Assembly: GCA_965229245.1 (NCBI GenBank)
Contig: CBDDIW010000005.1
Coordinates: forward strand, 334,618 to 398,617
Length of the DNA: 64,000 nucleotides
Origin: Verrucomicrobiales bacterium
GTDB lineage: Bacteria > Verrucomicrobiota > Verrucomicrobiia > Verrucomicrobiales > V1-33
Reading direction: 5' to 3'
Part shown: one piece after another, positions 18,669 to 27,342 of the stretch
Numbering within the stretch: the first letter of the stretch is position 1
Layout: the number at the start of each line of letters is the position of its first letter
Position numbers and translations under genes: made by a program
The notes under the pieces: model-generated
What the model was told of the DNA's origin: nothing
What the model saw: only the letters and a program-made list of their open reading frames with translations
Databases searched by the model: none

Positions 18669-21600
18669 ATGAAGACACGCCTCTCTTTCTTACCATCAGG
18701 GCTATCATCCAAAGGAATGTGTACGTTGCTCGCCGCCGGCGCCGGGTTTGCGCGGGCCCAGGTGGCCGGCACCGTCGATCCCTCGTTCTCCGGAGGCACC
18801 ACGTTCAATAGCGATCCGCAATCCGTTGTGGTCCAAGATAACGGGAAAATTGTAATTGGCGGGGCGTTCGAAACCATCGACGGTCAGGCCCGCAACCGGA
18901 TGGCCAGGCTGCTGCCGAATGGCGTGCTTGAAGATCTCTCTACTTTCAATCCCGGCAACTCATTCGCTACCTATTCCGTGCAATGCCTTGCCGGTTTGCC
19001 CGACGGAAAAGTCCTGGCGGGTGGGTATTTTATGCTGTCCCGGCTTTTGCCTGACGGCAGCGTGGACCCGTCATTCAATTCCGGGGCCACTATCGCTTAT
19101 GATGGCAGCAGCACACTCTATTGCATCGCGGTCCAGGCGGACGGAAAGATCCTCATTGGTGGTGAATTCACCACCGTGGACCATCAGTCCAGAAACGGGA
19201 TCGCCCGCCTCCTGCCGGATGGCTCGGTGGAGAGCACGGCTACTTTTAATGCAGGTACCGGTGCCGATGGTGGAAGTATCCACAGTATGGCGCTCCAGGA
19301 GGATGGGAAAATTATCATCGTCGGGGAATTCACCTCCATCAACGGACAGCCCCGGCGTAACATCGCCCGCCTGAATCCTGACGGAACCCTGGAGAGCACC
19401 GCCACCTTTCAGGCATTACCGGGCTTTTCAGGACCTGTCAGTATTGTGGCGCTTCAGGCGGACGGCAAAATTCTCGCGGGAGGGTACGGTTTTTCCGCGG
19501 TTCATGGTCAGTCGCGGCATGGAATAGTGAGGCTGAATGCCGACGGGAGCCTGGAGGATACCTTCAATCCAGGAAACATCGACGCACCTATGAGCATCGT
19601 AGTTCAGACCGATGGAAAGATCCTCGCCGGTGGATATTCCTTTGTCAGGCTGCTGCCAGGCGGACTACCGGAACCGGTTGCCAGCTTCAATCCGGCTGCC
19701 GGCAGCGGGACGCGAATTAACGGAATTGCCTTGAGGCCGGACGGGAAAATTGTTCTCGCCGGGTCCAACATGATCTTTAATGGTCAGCCGAAAAGATGGC
19801 TGGCTCAACTGACCAATGACCCCGCCGCCCAGTCTCTGGCCGTGAGCGGGACATCCACGGTCACCTGGAACCGGAGCGGCTCGGCCCCGGAGGTGGGACA
19901 GGTAACGTTCGCGCTTTCCACGGATACAGGCGTCACGTGGACACCGCTCGGAAGAGGATCCCGGATCCCGGGAGGCTGGCAACTGAACGGCCCCACTCTT
20001 CCTCACACGGGGCTGCTACGTGCCCAGGGCCGTGTGTCCGGTGGTAACCGGAACGAGAGTTCGGGAGTCACGGAACTGGTAGCCCCTTTTACTCTTACTG
20101 AAAATACTGCTCCGGAAATCAGCCTCGAGCAGCCCGCGTTTTCAGTGCTTTCCACGGGAGGAAACCGGGATTTCGGGATGGTCCAGACGGGTGATACGGC
20201 GGAGCTTTCTTTTGTGATCAGAAATACAGGCACGGCTCCCCTCACGGGGATCGGCCTTTCCTTGAGCGGCCCGGACGCGAGTCAGTTCACTCTTGTCTCC
20301 ACCCCGCCGGTATCCGTGCAAACCGGCACGGAGGCCCTGTTAAAAGTGAGGTTTTCGCCCGTTTCCAGCGGTCTGAAAAACGCGATACTGCGTCTGGGGA
20401 GCAACGACGCGGACGAAGAAACCATCGATATCACCCTCACCGGCTCGGGATCATTGCTGCCGATAGCGGAAATCACCGTTAGAGAACCTAATGGCCCGTC
20501 TATCGTCAGTGGGGAAACCCGTGATTTGGGAACCCTCCCGGTCGGCACCCCGGGGGGGATGCAGGTGAATATCACCAATGAAGGAGTTGGCAATCTCACC
20601 GGTCTTCAGGCGACCATTGACGGACCGGACTCGGATATGTTCTCGCTGACCACCGCTCCCGAAAGTCCCTTGGGCCCAGGAGGCGGCACCCGCCTTCATG
20701 TGAGATTTCTTCCCTCCCGCGGAGGGGCGATCTCGGCTACTTTGCATATCGCCAGCAATGACCGTGACGAAAATCCGTTCGATATCAAACTGACAGGATA
20801 TGGCACGGGCATTGATCCGTCGTTCATCCTTCCCGTGCTGGATGGCGACATTGGCAGTGTAGTCGTCCTGCCTTCTGGAAAACTCCTTGTTGGAGGCGGC
20901 TTTACCACCGCCGGTGGAGCCTCACACCGCTACATCGCGCGGCTTGAGAAGGATGGGGCTCTTGATCCCTCCTTTACCTATGGCGCGGCGGGAAGAGTAG
21001 AATTCCTGTCCGTTTTACCGGACGGAAGAATTGTTATTGGAACAGAGGCCGGCATTGAAAGAATCCTTGAAAACGGCACTCCTGACCCCTCATTCACCTC
21101 CCCCTCCCAGGAAACAGGTTATGGCGGGGGGATTCAGTCGGACGGTCGAATGCTTTATTGGAAGAGTGGCGGCACGCCCAACAGTTACATCGTCGGCCGT
21201 CTCAATAGCGACGGGTCACCGGACACAGGCTTCACCACCGGCATCACCACAAGTTCGCCCCTTCTGACCATGGGGGCGAATGATCAATTCGCGGTGCCCG
21301 GCAGTCTGTTGTCGTTAATGTTTTCCAACTATACTGGCTTCCTGAATAACTATTCCCGGGATGGAGGTCTGGCCGAGGGTGGCCAGTATTTTTATACAGG
21401 AAGACCAAATCAACCCACCTGGGTCAACTTCGTCGCGCCGCTGGACGGCGGCGGCTATGCCATTGGCGGCCAACTGGGACCCAATTATTATTTCACAGCG
21501 GCCCCGACCAATGGAGCGGTTAGCAGCGCCCTGGGGCAGGCGGATGGAAAGTTACTCATTGCCGGTTCTTTCACCCAGGTGGGGAATACCGTGGTGGCGG

Positions 21601-22769
21601 GCATCGCGAGAACGGACTCCAGCGGTTCCGTCGATCCAGGTTTTATCGGTGCCAACGCCAAAACGTTTCTGACCATGCAGGAGGACGGCAAAGTGCTCGT
21701 CTTTACACAAGGAGGTTCCTTTCAAAGGCTTCTCAACACTCCCGCCACTCAGAGCCTTTCCGCCACCAGCTCCTCAAGAGTGCAATGGCTGCGTGGCGGC
21801 TCGTCCCCGGCGGCTTTGGGCGTCACTTTTGATGTTTCCACGGATGGCGGGTCCAACTGGACGAAACTGGGCAACGGGACTTTTATGCCGGCAGCCCGCG
21901 GCTGGGAGTTGAACGGGCTCAATCTTCCAGCGTCCGGGATCCTCCGGGCCCGGGCCCGGATCGCCGGTGTCTATAACAAACTCGGAGTGGTGGAATCGCG
22001 CGCCGCCTTTGGGATCAATGCCTCCCCTGAGATCGTGATCGAACAGACTCCTGGCACCGCTTTGGTTTCAGGAAGCGGCGTTCCTTTCCAGTTCGGCCCG
22101 GTGGCTGCCGGAAACAGCGCCAGCCTGACGTTTACGATCCGCAATACGGGATTCGGTGATTTGACCGGGTTGGCTCTGAGCCGCGTGACTCCCGCCGGAA
22201 TGCCGGGCGATTTCACGATCACCGGCCCGGCGGTGACCAGTCTGGCCCACGATGCCTCGGCCACTTTCACGGTCGCGTTCACCCCGGTAGCCGCGGGCAA
22301 CCATTCCCTGATCCTGACCCTGGCCAGCAATGACGCGGATGAAAGTGCTTTCGTTCTCAGCTTTGAAGGCAGTCTGGCAACGCAAAGCGAGCTCTGGAGA
22401 AAACAGAACTTCGACACGTTCTCCAACACCGGCACGGCCGCGGACCTCGCGGATCCGGATGGGGACGGCATTCCCAACCTCCTTGAATTCGCCACCGGCT
22501 CGAACCCCCTGGCAAAGAACCCGGCGACAGGAACGCTTGTGAAAAACGGTGGAGTGCTGGAATTCACCTGGTCCCGGCTCAAGGCGACCACCGCGGAGCT
22601 GACCTGCCGGGTGGAATGGAGCGAAACTCCGGATGGCATCTGGAGAGTGGCGGGAGTTTCGGAGCCTGTCGTCGTCTCGGATGACGGAGTCACCCAGGTG
22701 ATGAAGTCCGAAGTCCCGCCGGGCACCACCGGACGGCGTTTCGTCAGACTGAAGGTCCTGCGGAACTGA
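18669..22769 (+). CDS. Giant secreted protein: delta-60 (beta-propeller) repeats + choice-of-anchor-D/ASH-like Ig domains, internally duplicated, with a DPDGDG...FxRLKV C-terminal module
   Basis: Signal-peptide-like N-terminus (MKTRLSFL...GAGFARAQ). Repeated DGKIL(I/A)GG.F....G..R..IARL..DGS.. units. DFG.V..G......F.I.N.G...L domains occur four times. C-terminus is ADPDGDGIPNLLEFATGSNP...RRFVRLKVLRN. Confidence 0.85.
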   Translation: MKTRLSFLPSGLSSKGMCTLLAAGAGFARAQVAGTVDPSFSGGTTFNSDPQSVVVQDNGKIVIGGAFETIDGQARNRMARLLPNGVLEDLSTFNPGNSFATYSVQCLAGLPDGKVLAGGYFMLSRLLPDGSVDPSFNSGATIAYDGSSTLYCIAVQADGKILIGGEFTTVDHQSRNGIARLLPDGSVESTATFNAGTGADGGSIHSMALQEDGKIIIVGEFTSINGQPRRNIARLNPDGTLESTATFQALPGFSGPVSIVALQADGKILAGGYGFSAVHGQSRHGIVRLNADGSLEDTFNPGNIDAPMSIVVQTDGKILAGGYSFVRLLPGGLPEPVASFNPAAGSGTRINGIALRPDGKIVLAGSNMIFNGQPKRWLAQLTNDPAAQSLAVSGTSTVTWNRSGSAPEVGQVTFALSTDTGVTWTPLGRGSRIPGGWQLNGPTLPHTGLLRAQGRVSGGNRNESSGVTELVAPFTLTENTAPEISLEQPAFSVLSTGGNRDFGMVQTGDTAELSFVIRNTGTAPLTGIGLSLSGPDASQFTLVSTPPVSVQTGTEALLKVRFSPVSSGLKNAILRLGSNDADEETIDITLTGSGSLLPIAEITVREPNGPSIVSGETRDLGTLPVGTPGGMQVNITNEGVGNLTGLQATIDGPDSDMFSLTTAPESPLGPGGGTRLHVRFLPSRGGAISATLHIASNDRDENPFDIKLTGYGTGIDPSFILPVLDGDIGSVVVLPSGKLLVGGGFTTAGGASHRYIARLEKDGALDPSFTYGAAGRVEFLSVLPDGRIVIGTEAGIERILENGTPDPSFTSPSQETGYGGGIQSDGRMLYWKSGGTPNSYIVGRLNSDGSPDTGFTTGITTSSPLLTMGANDQFAVPGSLLSLMFSNYTGFLNNYSRDGGLAEGGQYFYTGRPNQPTWVNFVAPLDGGGYAIGGQLGPNYYFTAAPTNGAVSSALGQADGKLLIAGSFTQVGNTVVAGIARTDSSGSVDPGFIGANAKTFLTMQEDGKVLVFTQGGSFQRLLNTPATQSLSATSSSRVQWLRGGSSPAALGVTFDVSTDGGSNWTKLGNGTFMPAARGWELNGLNLPASGILRARARIAGVYNKLGVVESRAAFGINASPEIVIEQTPGTALVSGSGVPFQFGPVAAGNSASLTFTIRNTGFGDLTGLALSRVTPAGMPGDFTITGPAVTSLAHDASATFTVAFTPVAAGNHSLILTLASNDADESAFVLSFEGSLATQSELWRKQNFDTFSNTGTAADLADPDGDGIPNLLEFATGSNPLAKNPATGTLVKNGGVLEFTWSRLKATTAELTCRVEWSETPDGIWRVAGVSEPVVVSDDGVTQVMKSEVPPGTTGRRFVRLKVLRN

Positions 22770-22810
22770 TCCACGCCCGCGGGGCTGCCGCCTGCCTGAT
22801 GTTTTCCATG

Positions 22811-22850
22811 AAAAGGGCCCCCCACGTTTGACGCGGGAGGCCCCTTTTTT
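22811..22850. terminator. Bidirectional rho-independent terminator between convergent genes
   Basis: AAAA-GGGCCCCCC-(11 nt)-GGGAGGCCCC-TTTTTT. The stem has one mismatch and is flanked by an A-run and a T-run. It lies between the delta-60 gene stop (22769) and the HIT gene stop (22867). Confidence 0.7.
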
Positions 22851-22866
22851 CGTATTGATGGCCGCT

Positions 22867-23283
22867 CTACTGAGCTTCGGTGAAGCCGAGAGAGCGGAGG
22901 GCGCCGCGGAGCTTTTCCGCGGCGGCGTCCAGGTCCGCGGGAGTGGCCCTGGAGTCCTGGCGGGCAAAGTCCATGTCCCGGATTTCGTCGATGGGAGTGA
23001 GGTGAATGTGCATGTGGGGCACCTCCAGCCCGGCGATCATGAGGCCCACTTTTGTGCAGGGAAACGCGGCCTGGATGCCTCGGGCGACGTTTTGGGCGGT
23101 CTGAAAAAGATGGGCGGTGAGGTCCGGCGGGGCATCCAGCCAGGAATCGATCTCCTGGCGGGGCACCACGAGGGTGTGTCCAGGCCGGATGGGAGCGATA
23201 GTCATGAAGGCCACGCAGTGCTCGTCCTTCCAGACAAAACGACCGGGAATCTCGCCGTTGATAATACGGGTAAAAAGAGACAT
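22867..23283 (-). CDS. HIT (histidine triad) family nucleotide hydrolase
   Basis: MSLFTRIINGEIPGRFVWKDEHCVAFMTIAPIRPGHTLVVP plus the histidine triad HMHIHLTP. Confidence 0.92.
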   Translation of the reverse strand: MSLFTRIINGEIPGRFVWKDEHCVAFMTIAPIRPGHTLVVPRQEIDSWLDAPPDLTAHLFQTAQNVARGIQAAFPCTKVGLMIAGLEVPHMHIHLTPIDEIRDMDFARQDSRATPADLDAAAEKLRGALRSLGFTEAQ

Positions 23284-23297
23284 AAGGGAAAAGGACG

Positions 23298-24290
23298 TTA
23301 GCGGTTTTTAGGGAGAAAATAACGGCGTTGCTTGTCGGAGACCGGCATGCCCACGCGCTCCATGACCATGAGCATGTCCTCCCAGAGCTTGCGCTTCTCG
23401 GCATTAGCCACGTCCTCGCCCTCCTGTTCTTTCCGGAGGATGTAGGAGGGGTGGAAAGTGACCATGAGAGGGATGCCCTGGCACTCCAGCCACTTGCCGC
23501 GCACGCGGGAGACGGAGACCGGGTTTTTCAACAGGCCGGCGGCGGCGGTGCTCCCCAGGGCGACGAGCACCCGGGGCTGGATGATGGCGATCTCTTCGTA
23601 CACATACGAAATGCAGGCCTCCATTTCCCCGGCGGTGGGCGGACGGTTTTTGGTGCCCTGGCTGCCGCCTTCAATGGCGGGGCGGAATTTGCAGATGTTC
23701 GAGATATAGACATCCGGGCGGTTCAGGCCCATGGCCTTGAGAATCCGGTCCAGCGTGGCTCCAGCAGGACCGGTGAAAGGCTCGCGGCGCTGTTCCTCCA
23801 CGGCTCCCGGGGCTTCGCCGACCAGCATGATTTCCGCCTCCGGATTCCCCGTGGCAAAGACCATGATGTCCCGGAGCGTGCCCAGGGCGCGGGCCCGGGG
23901 AGAGGCTTCGGCCCGGGCGGCCACTTCGGCGAGCGCGGCTTCCTTTTCGGCCCGGTTGAGCGGGGCGGAGGGGGGAAAGAGGGAGGAGGGTTCGACGGGA
24001 GGAGCGGAGGATGCCGCGGAAAGGGGTTCGGAAGAGTCGGGAACCGTGGGGGGAGGGGGGAGTTCCGCGGAGAGAGAGGGGGACGGAGGAGTAGGAGGGG
24101 AGAGGGGGACAGGGACGGGGGGGGCGAAGGACATACGGCCGGGTTTCATCCGGCAGATTTCCTTCAGGGCGGTCCGGGCTTCCGGAGTCATCCAGAGGCG
24201 CTCCTGGCCGCGGCGGGCCAGGGCTTCGAGATGGGCCGCGAGCACATGCAGGGCGGCGAGTGGATTCAGAGATTCCCCGGCGGATGACAT
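23298..24290 (-). CDS. Uracil-DNA glycosylase family 4 with a ~130-aa Pro/Ser-rich N-terminal extension
   Basis: Family-4 motifs GEAPGAVEEQRREPFTGPAG and FHPSYILR. The N-terminal part is low-complexity (PPVPVPLSPPTPPSPSLSAELPPPPTVP). Confidence 0.85.
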   Translation of the reverse strand: MSSAGESLNPLAALHVLAAHLEALARRGQERLWMTPEARTALKEICRMKPGRMSFAPPVPVPLSPPTPPSPSLSAELPPPPTVPDSSEPLSAASSAPPVEPSSLFPPSAPLNRAEKEAALAEVAARAEASPRARALGTLRDIMVFATGNPEAEIMLVGEAPGAVEEQRREPFTGPAGATLDRILKAMGLNRPDVYISNICKFRPAIEGGSQGTKNRPPTAGEMEACISYVYEEIAIIQPRVLVALGSTAAAGLLKNPVSVSRVRGKWLECQGIPLMVTFHPSYILRKEQEGEDVANAEKRKLWEDMLMVMERVGMPVSDKQRRYFLPKNR

Positions 24291-24342
24291 GCGGGCTATC
24301 TAACGAACGATGGCGGGAACGCGAAGGCGGAGGCGGAATTTT

Positions 24343-25383
24343 TCACGCCCCGGGAGCGGGCCGGAAGCCATACTGATCCCCGAGAGCGAGACACTCCGCG
24401 ACGGGCCGCATGCCCTCCGAAGTGGCCGGGTGCGAAAGGCACATGGCGGCGGCACAAACGGCGTGGCGCAGGCATTCCGGCCAGGAGTATCCTTCGTGAA
24501 TCCCCAGGAGCAGCCCGGCGGCGAAGGCATCCCCCGCCCCGGTGGCCCCGCGGACAAATCCGGAGGGCAGCACCACGGAGCCCTGCCGGCAGGCGGCTCC
24601 GGTGTGATCCACGCACACCGCTCCTTCCACGAAGTGAATGGTCACGGATTTCCGCACGCCCCGGTGGATAAGCCCCCGGGCGGCCTCTTCGATGCCGTCC
24701 CAGTCCGGGCCGGAGGGACCACGCAGGGACAGTCCCGCGAGCTTCCCGGCCTCGATCTCATTCAGAATGAAATGGTCCACCCACGGGAGCGCGCTGAGCG
24801 CGCCGCGGGCGAAATCCGCGTGCTCCACGCTCACCATGTCTGCGGCGGTCACAAGATCGGCGGCGATGGCCTTTTCCAGCACATGGGAGGCCCCGCTGCG
24901 CCCGTCCGGCCCCACGGCATCCAGGGTGTCCAGCAGCATGAAGTAGCCGAGGTAGAACAGGCGGGCGGTGACGCCGGTGAACTCGAAATGTTCCGGAGCC
25001 AGCAGGGCATTCGCCCCGCGCTGGTGGAAAAAGGTGCGACGCCCGGTACTTTCCACGGTAAAGGCGTCCGTGTAGCTGGTGCTCACTTCGGTGGTCTGGC
25101 GGAGCCGGGAGACGTCGATGCCATGCGCCCCACAATCCTCCAGAATCCACCGGCCCGTGCTGTCCGTGCCGATAAGACCGGCTGCCTCAAGAGGGAACCC
25201 GGCCCCCATCTTCGCAAGATCCTTCAGGATGTTATACGGTCCGCCCCCGTTGGCGGAACTTTCCCGCAGGATGCTGGCCAGCATTTCCTCCCCGGGGTAG
25301 TAGTCGAGGATCTTCACGTAATCGACGATGAAGTTGCCAGCGGCGAGCAGCCCGGAGCGGGAGGAGGACGGAAAGTTGGACAT
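24343..25383 (-). CDS. PfkB-family carbohydrate kinase (ribokinase-like)
   Basis: N-terminal GNFIVDYVK, mid GGGPYN, C-terminal GATGAGDAFAAGLL (PfkB signature 2-like). Start set at internal ATG 25383 (MSNFPSS). Confidence 0.85.
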   Translation of the reverse strand: MSNFPSSSRSGLLAAGNFIVDYVKILDYYPGEEMLASILRESSANGGGPYNILKDLAKMGAGFPLEAAGLIGTDSTGRWILEDCGAHGIDVSRLRQTTEVSTSYTDAFTVESTGRRTFFHQRGANALLAPEHFEFTGVTARLFYLGYFMLLDTLDAVGPDGRSGASHVLEKAIAADLVTAADMVSVEHADFARGALSALPWVDHFILNEIEAGKLAGLSLRGPSGPDWDGIEEAARGLIHRGVRKSVTIHFVEGAVCVDHTGAACRQGSVVLPSGFVRGATGAGDAFAAGLLLGIHEGYSWPECLRHAVCAAAMCLSHPATSEGMRPVAECLALGDQYGFRPAPGA

Positions 25384-25476
25384 GGAAGGAAATGGCGAAT
25401 GGCGATGACACTCGGGACGGCCATCGAAATGTACCGGAAGCACCTGCCACCGGACCAGGCAATCACAAAGGATGAT

Positions 25477-25505
25477 CCCGTCCCTCCGGCCCTCGGAGGG
25501 ACGGG
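25477..25505. other. Perfect 12-bp GC-rich hairpin in the divergent intergenic region
   Basis: CCCGTCCCTCCG-gccct-CGGAGGGACGGG. No flanking T-run on either strand. Confidence 0.5.
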
Positions 25506-25696
25506 GTTACCGGCGGGTGGAGTAAGGGATACCGGATTCTCTCCGCCGGTTAATCGTTTTGTATCCGAAATGGATATTCCACATCATTTTTACAGATCAA
25601 CCATTTGGCCGTTCACCAGGTTTTCATCTCGGGATTCCGCCTTAAATGAAAAATGTTCAGGCAGCACAGGCGCGTGGGATGCTCTTTCCATGCACG

Positions 25697-26896
25697 ATGA
25701 AATCATGCCTTCTGTTTTTAAGTTTCTACCTTTTCGCCATTGCCGGAGTTCAAGCCATTCCGGTTAATGCGTCTTTAAGTCTGGCGAATGCAGTGGCTGA
25801 ACAAAGCCCGGAACACTATGACATCTATCTCGCCTCCCAGGCGATTGACGGCAATTTTTCTAATTTCACTCACACCCTTGAAGCCTGCCCGGATCCCTGG
25901 CTCACTGTGACATTGCCGGAAGCCACAGCCTTCACCACCGTGGTAATCTACAATCGTCAGGAGTGCTGCGGGGAACGGTTGAGGGACATCACTGTTACCG
26001 TCTATGCCGGGGTGGAGGAGACTGATCCGCTCTTCACTTCAGAGCTTCTTAACCCTGATGGCGTATTGGGATCTCCGGCTTCCCTCACCGTCGATTTCCC
26101 TTCCTCGCTGGTAGCCCGGAAGGTCAAAATCCGGCGGACCCCGGGGATTGGTCCGGCACCGGGAGTGCTTTCCATCGGAGAGGTGCAGCTTATTCTGAAG
26201 GGAGGAGACGTCGATCTCCCTCCCGGCTCCAACCTGACAGCCGCGGGCATCATCAGTCTCACGGCCACGCAGAGTACCACGCAGGGAAATTTCGCGGCCA
26301 CCAATGCGCTGGATTCCAACTTCAACAATTTCACCCACACGGATGGCGCTGATGCCAATGCCTGGTGGGAGGCGGACTTCGGCACGGAGGTTTCGCTTCA
26401 GAAAGTGACTCTCTACAACCGCTCGTCATGTTGCCAGGGGCGGCTGAGGGATCTGACCATCACCGTCTATGACGCGAACCACCAAGAAGTATGGTCTCTC
26501 ACGGGAATCAATCCCAACAACGAGCAGGCAAACCCCACGCAGATTCTCACGGATATAGAGGCCCTTCGAGGCTCGGCGATTACCGGGAGATACGTGAGGG
26601 TGGCCCGCGCCGGGCTGGGGGGCGTCTCGGATGATAACAATGTGCTCGCGCTGGGCGAGGTAGTCTTCACCGGCGGCACCATTCCCTCCGTCCCCCAGGC
26701 ACTGCCGGTGCTCAGCCTCACGCGGGAAGGAAACTCCGCCACGCTTTCATGGCCCGCGGACACCACAGGGTATCTCCTGGAATATTCCCCGGACCTTGCC
26801 GATCCCTGGACACCGGTTTCAGGAGTGACGGACAACGCGATCACGCTCACCCTGACGGCGGACCGGCTCTTTTTCCGTCTGAGAAAGACTCCGTGA
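25697..26896 (+). CDS. Secreted protein with two F5/8 type C (discoidin)-like carbohydrate-binding domains and a C-terminal beta-sandwich tail
   Basis: Signal peptide MKSCLLFLSFYLFAIAGVQA. A duplicated unit: AIDGNFSNFTHT...W..V.L...V.IYNRQECCGERLRDITVTVY and ALDSNFNNFTHT...WWEADF...VTLYNRSSCCQGRLRDLTITVY. Ends in RLFFRLRKTP. Confidence 0.75.
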   Translation: MKSCLLFLSFYLFAIAGVQAIPVNASLSLANAVAEQSPEHYDIYLASQAIDGNFSNFTHTLEACPDPWLTVTLPEATAFTTVVIYNRQECCGERLRDITVTVYAGVEETDPLFTSELLNPDGVLGSPASLTVDFPSSLVARKVKIRRTPGIGPAPGVLSIGEVQLILKGGDVDLPPGSNLTAAGIISLTATQSTTQGNFAATNALDSNFNNFTHTDGADANAWWEADFGTEVSLQKVTLYNRSSCCQGRLRDLTITVYDANHQEVWSLTGINPNNEQANPTQILTDIEALRGSAITGRYVRVARAGLGGVSDDNNVLALGEVVFTGGTIPSVPQALPVLSLTREGNSATLSWPADTTGYLLEYSPDLADPWTPVSGVTDNAITLTLTADRLFFRLRKTP

Positions 26897-26931
26897 CACA
26901 TGCGTCACGGAGGGGCTAGAGCCCAGCCCGG

Positions 26932-27279
26932 CTATTGGGCCCGCGAAAGATCGGGATGCATGTCTCCCCCGACGGCAAGGCTACATCCACGGGATGCCGC
27001 TTCACGCAGGACATCGCCAAACGATTGGATCTGCGGGTGCCGGACCCTGCCGGCTCCGGCGATCTGTTCCAGTTCAAGCAACGATTCCCTGAGACGATCC
27101 CCGGCGATGATGAACTCGTCGTCGTATCCCATCGCAACCATCGCCTTGAGAGGCGATGGGCTTTCGCTTCCCTCATAGTGGCGGTACAGCGCCTCATAGA
27201 AACTCTGGTCGAGGTAGATCGCGGCCCTCGACCAGTCCATTTCGGACCCAGGATCGTGGAAGCAAACAAGCAACGCCAT
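26932..27279 (-). CDS. Hypothetical small protein (115 aa)
   Basis: ORF with coding-like composition. Start set at ATG 27279 (MALLVCFHDPG). No recognisable motif. Confidence 0.4.
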   Translation of the reverse strand: MALLVCFHDPGSEMDWSRAAIYLDQSFYEALYRHYEGSESPSPLKAMVAMGYDDEFIIAGDRLRESLLELEQIAGAGRVRHPQIQSFGDVLREAASRGCSLAVGGDMHPDLSRAQ

Positions 27280-27342
27280 ATCAACGGGCCTTGAACAGAG
27301 AAGGCCCCACCGCTCTAAAGGAAGCAATGGGGCCGGAGCCTC

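Noticed and set aside
18669-22769. The delta-60/choice-of-anchor-D giant immediately downstream of tssA as a T6SS effector.
   Set aside because: It has a Sec-type signal peptide and no PAAR, VgrG, Hcp, MIX or Rhs-type delivery features. It is separated from tssA by a putative terminator and an AT-rich promoter-like gap.
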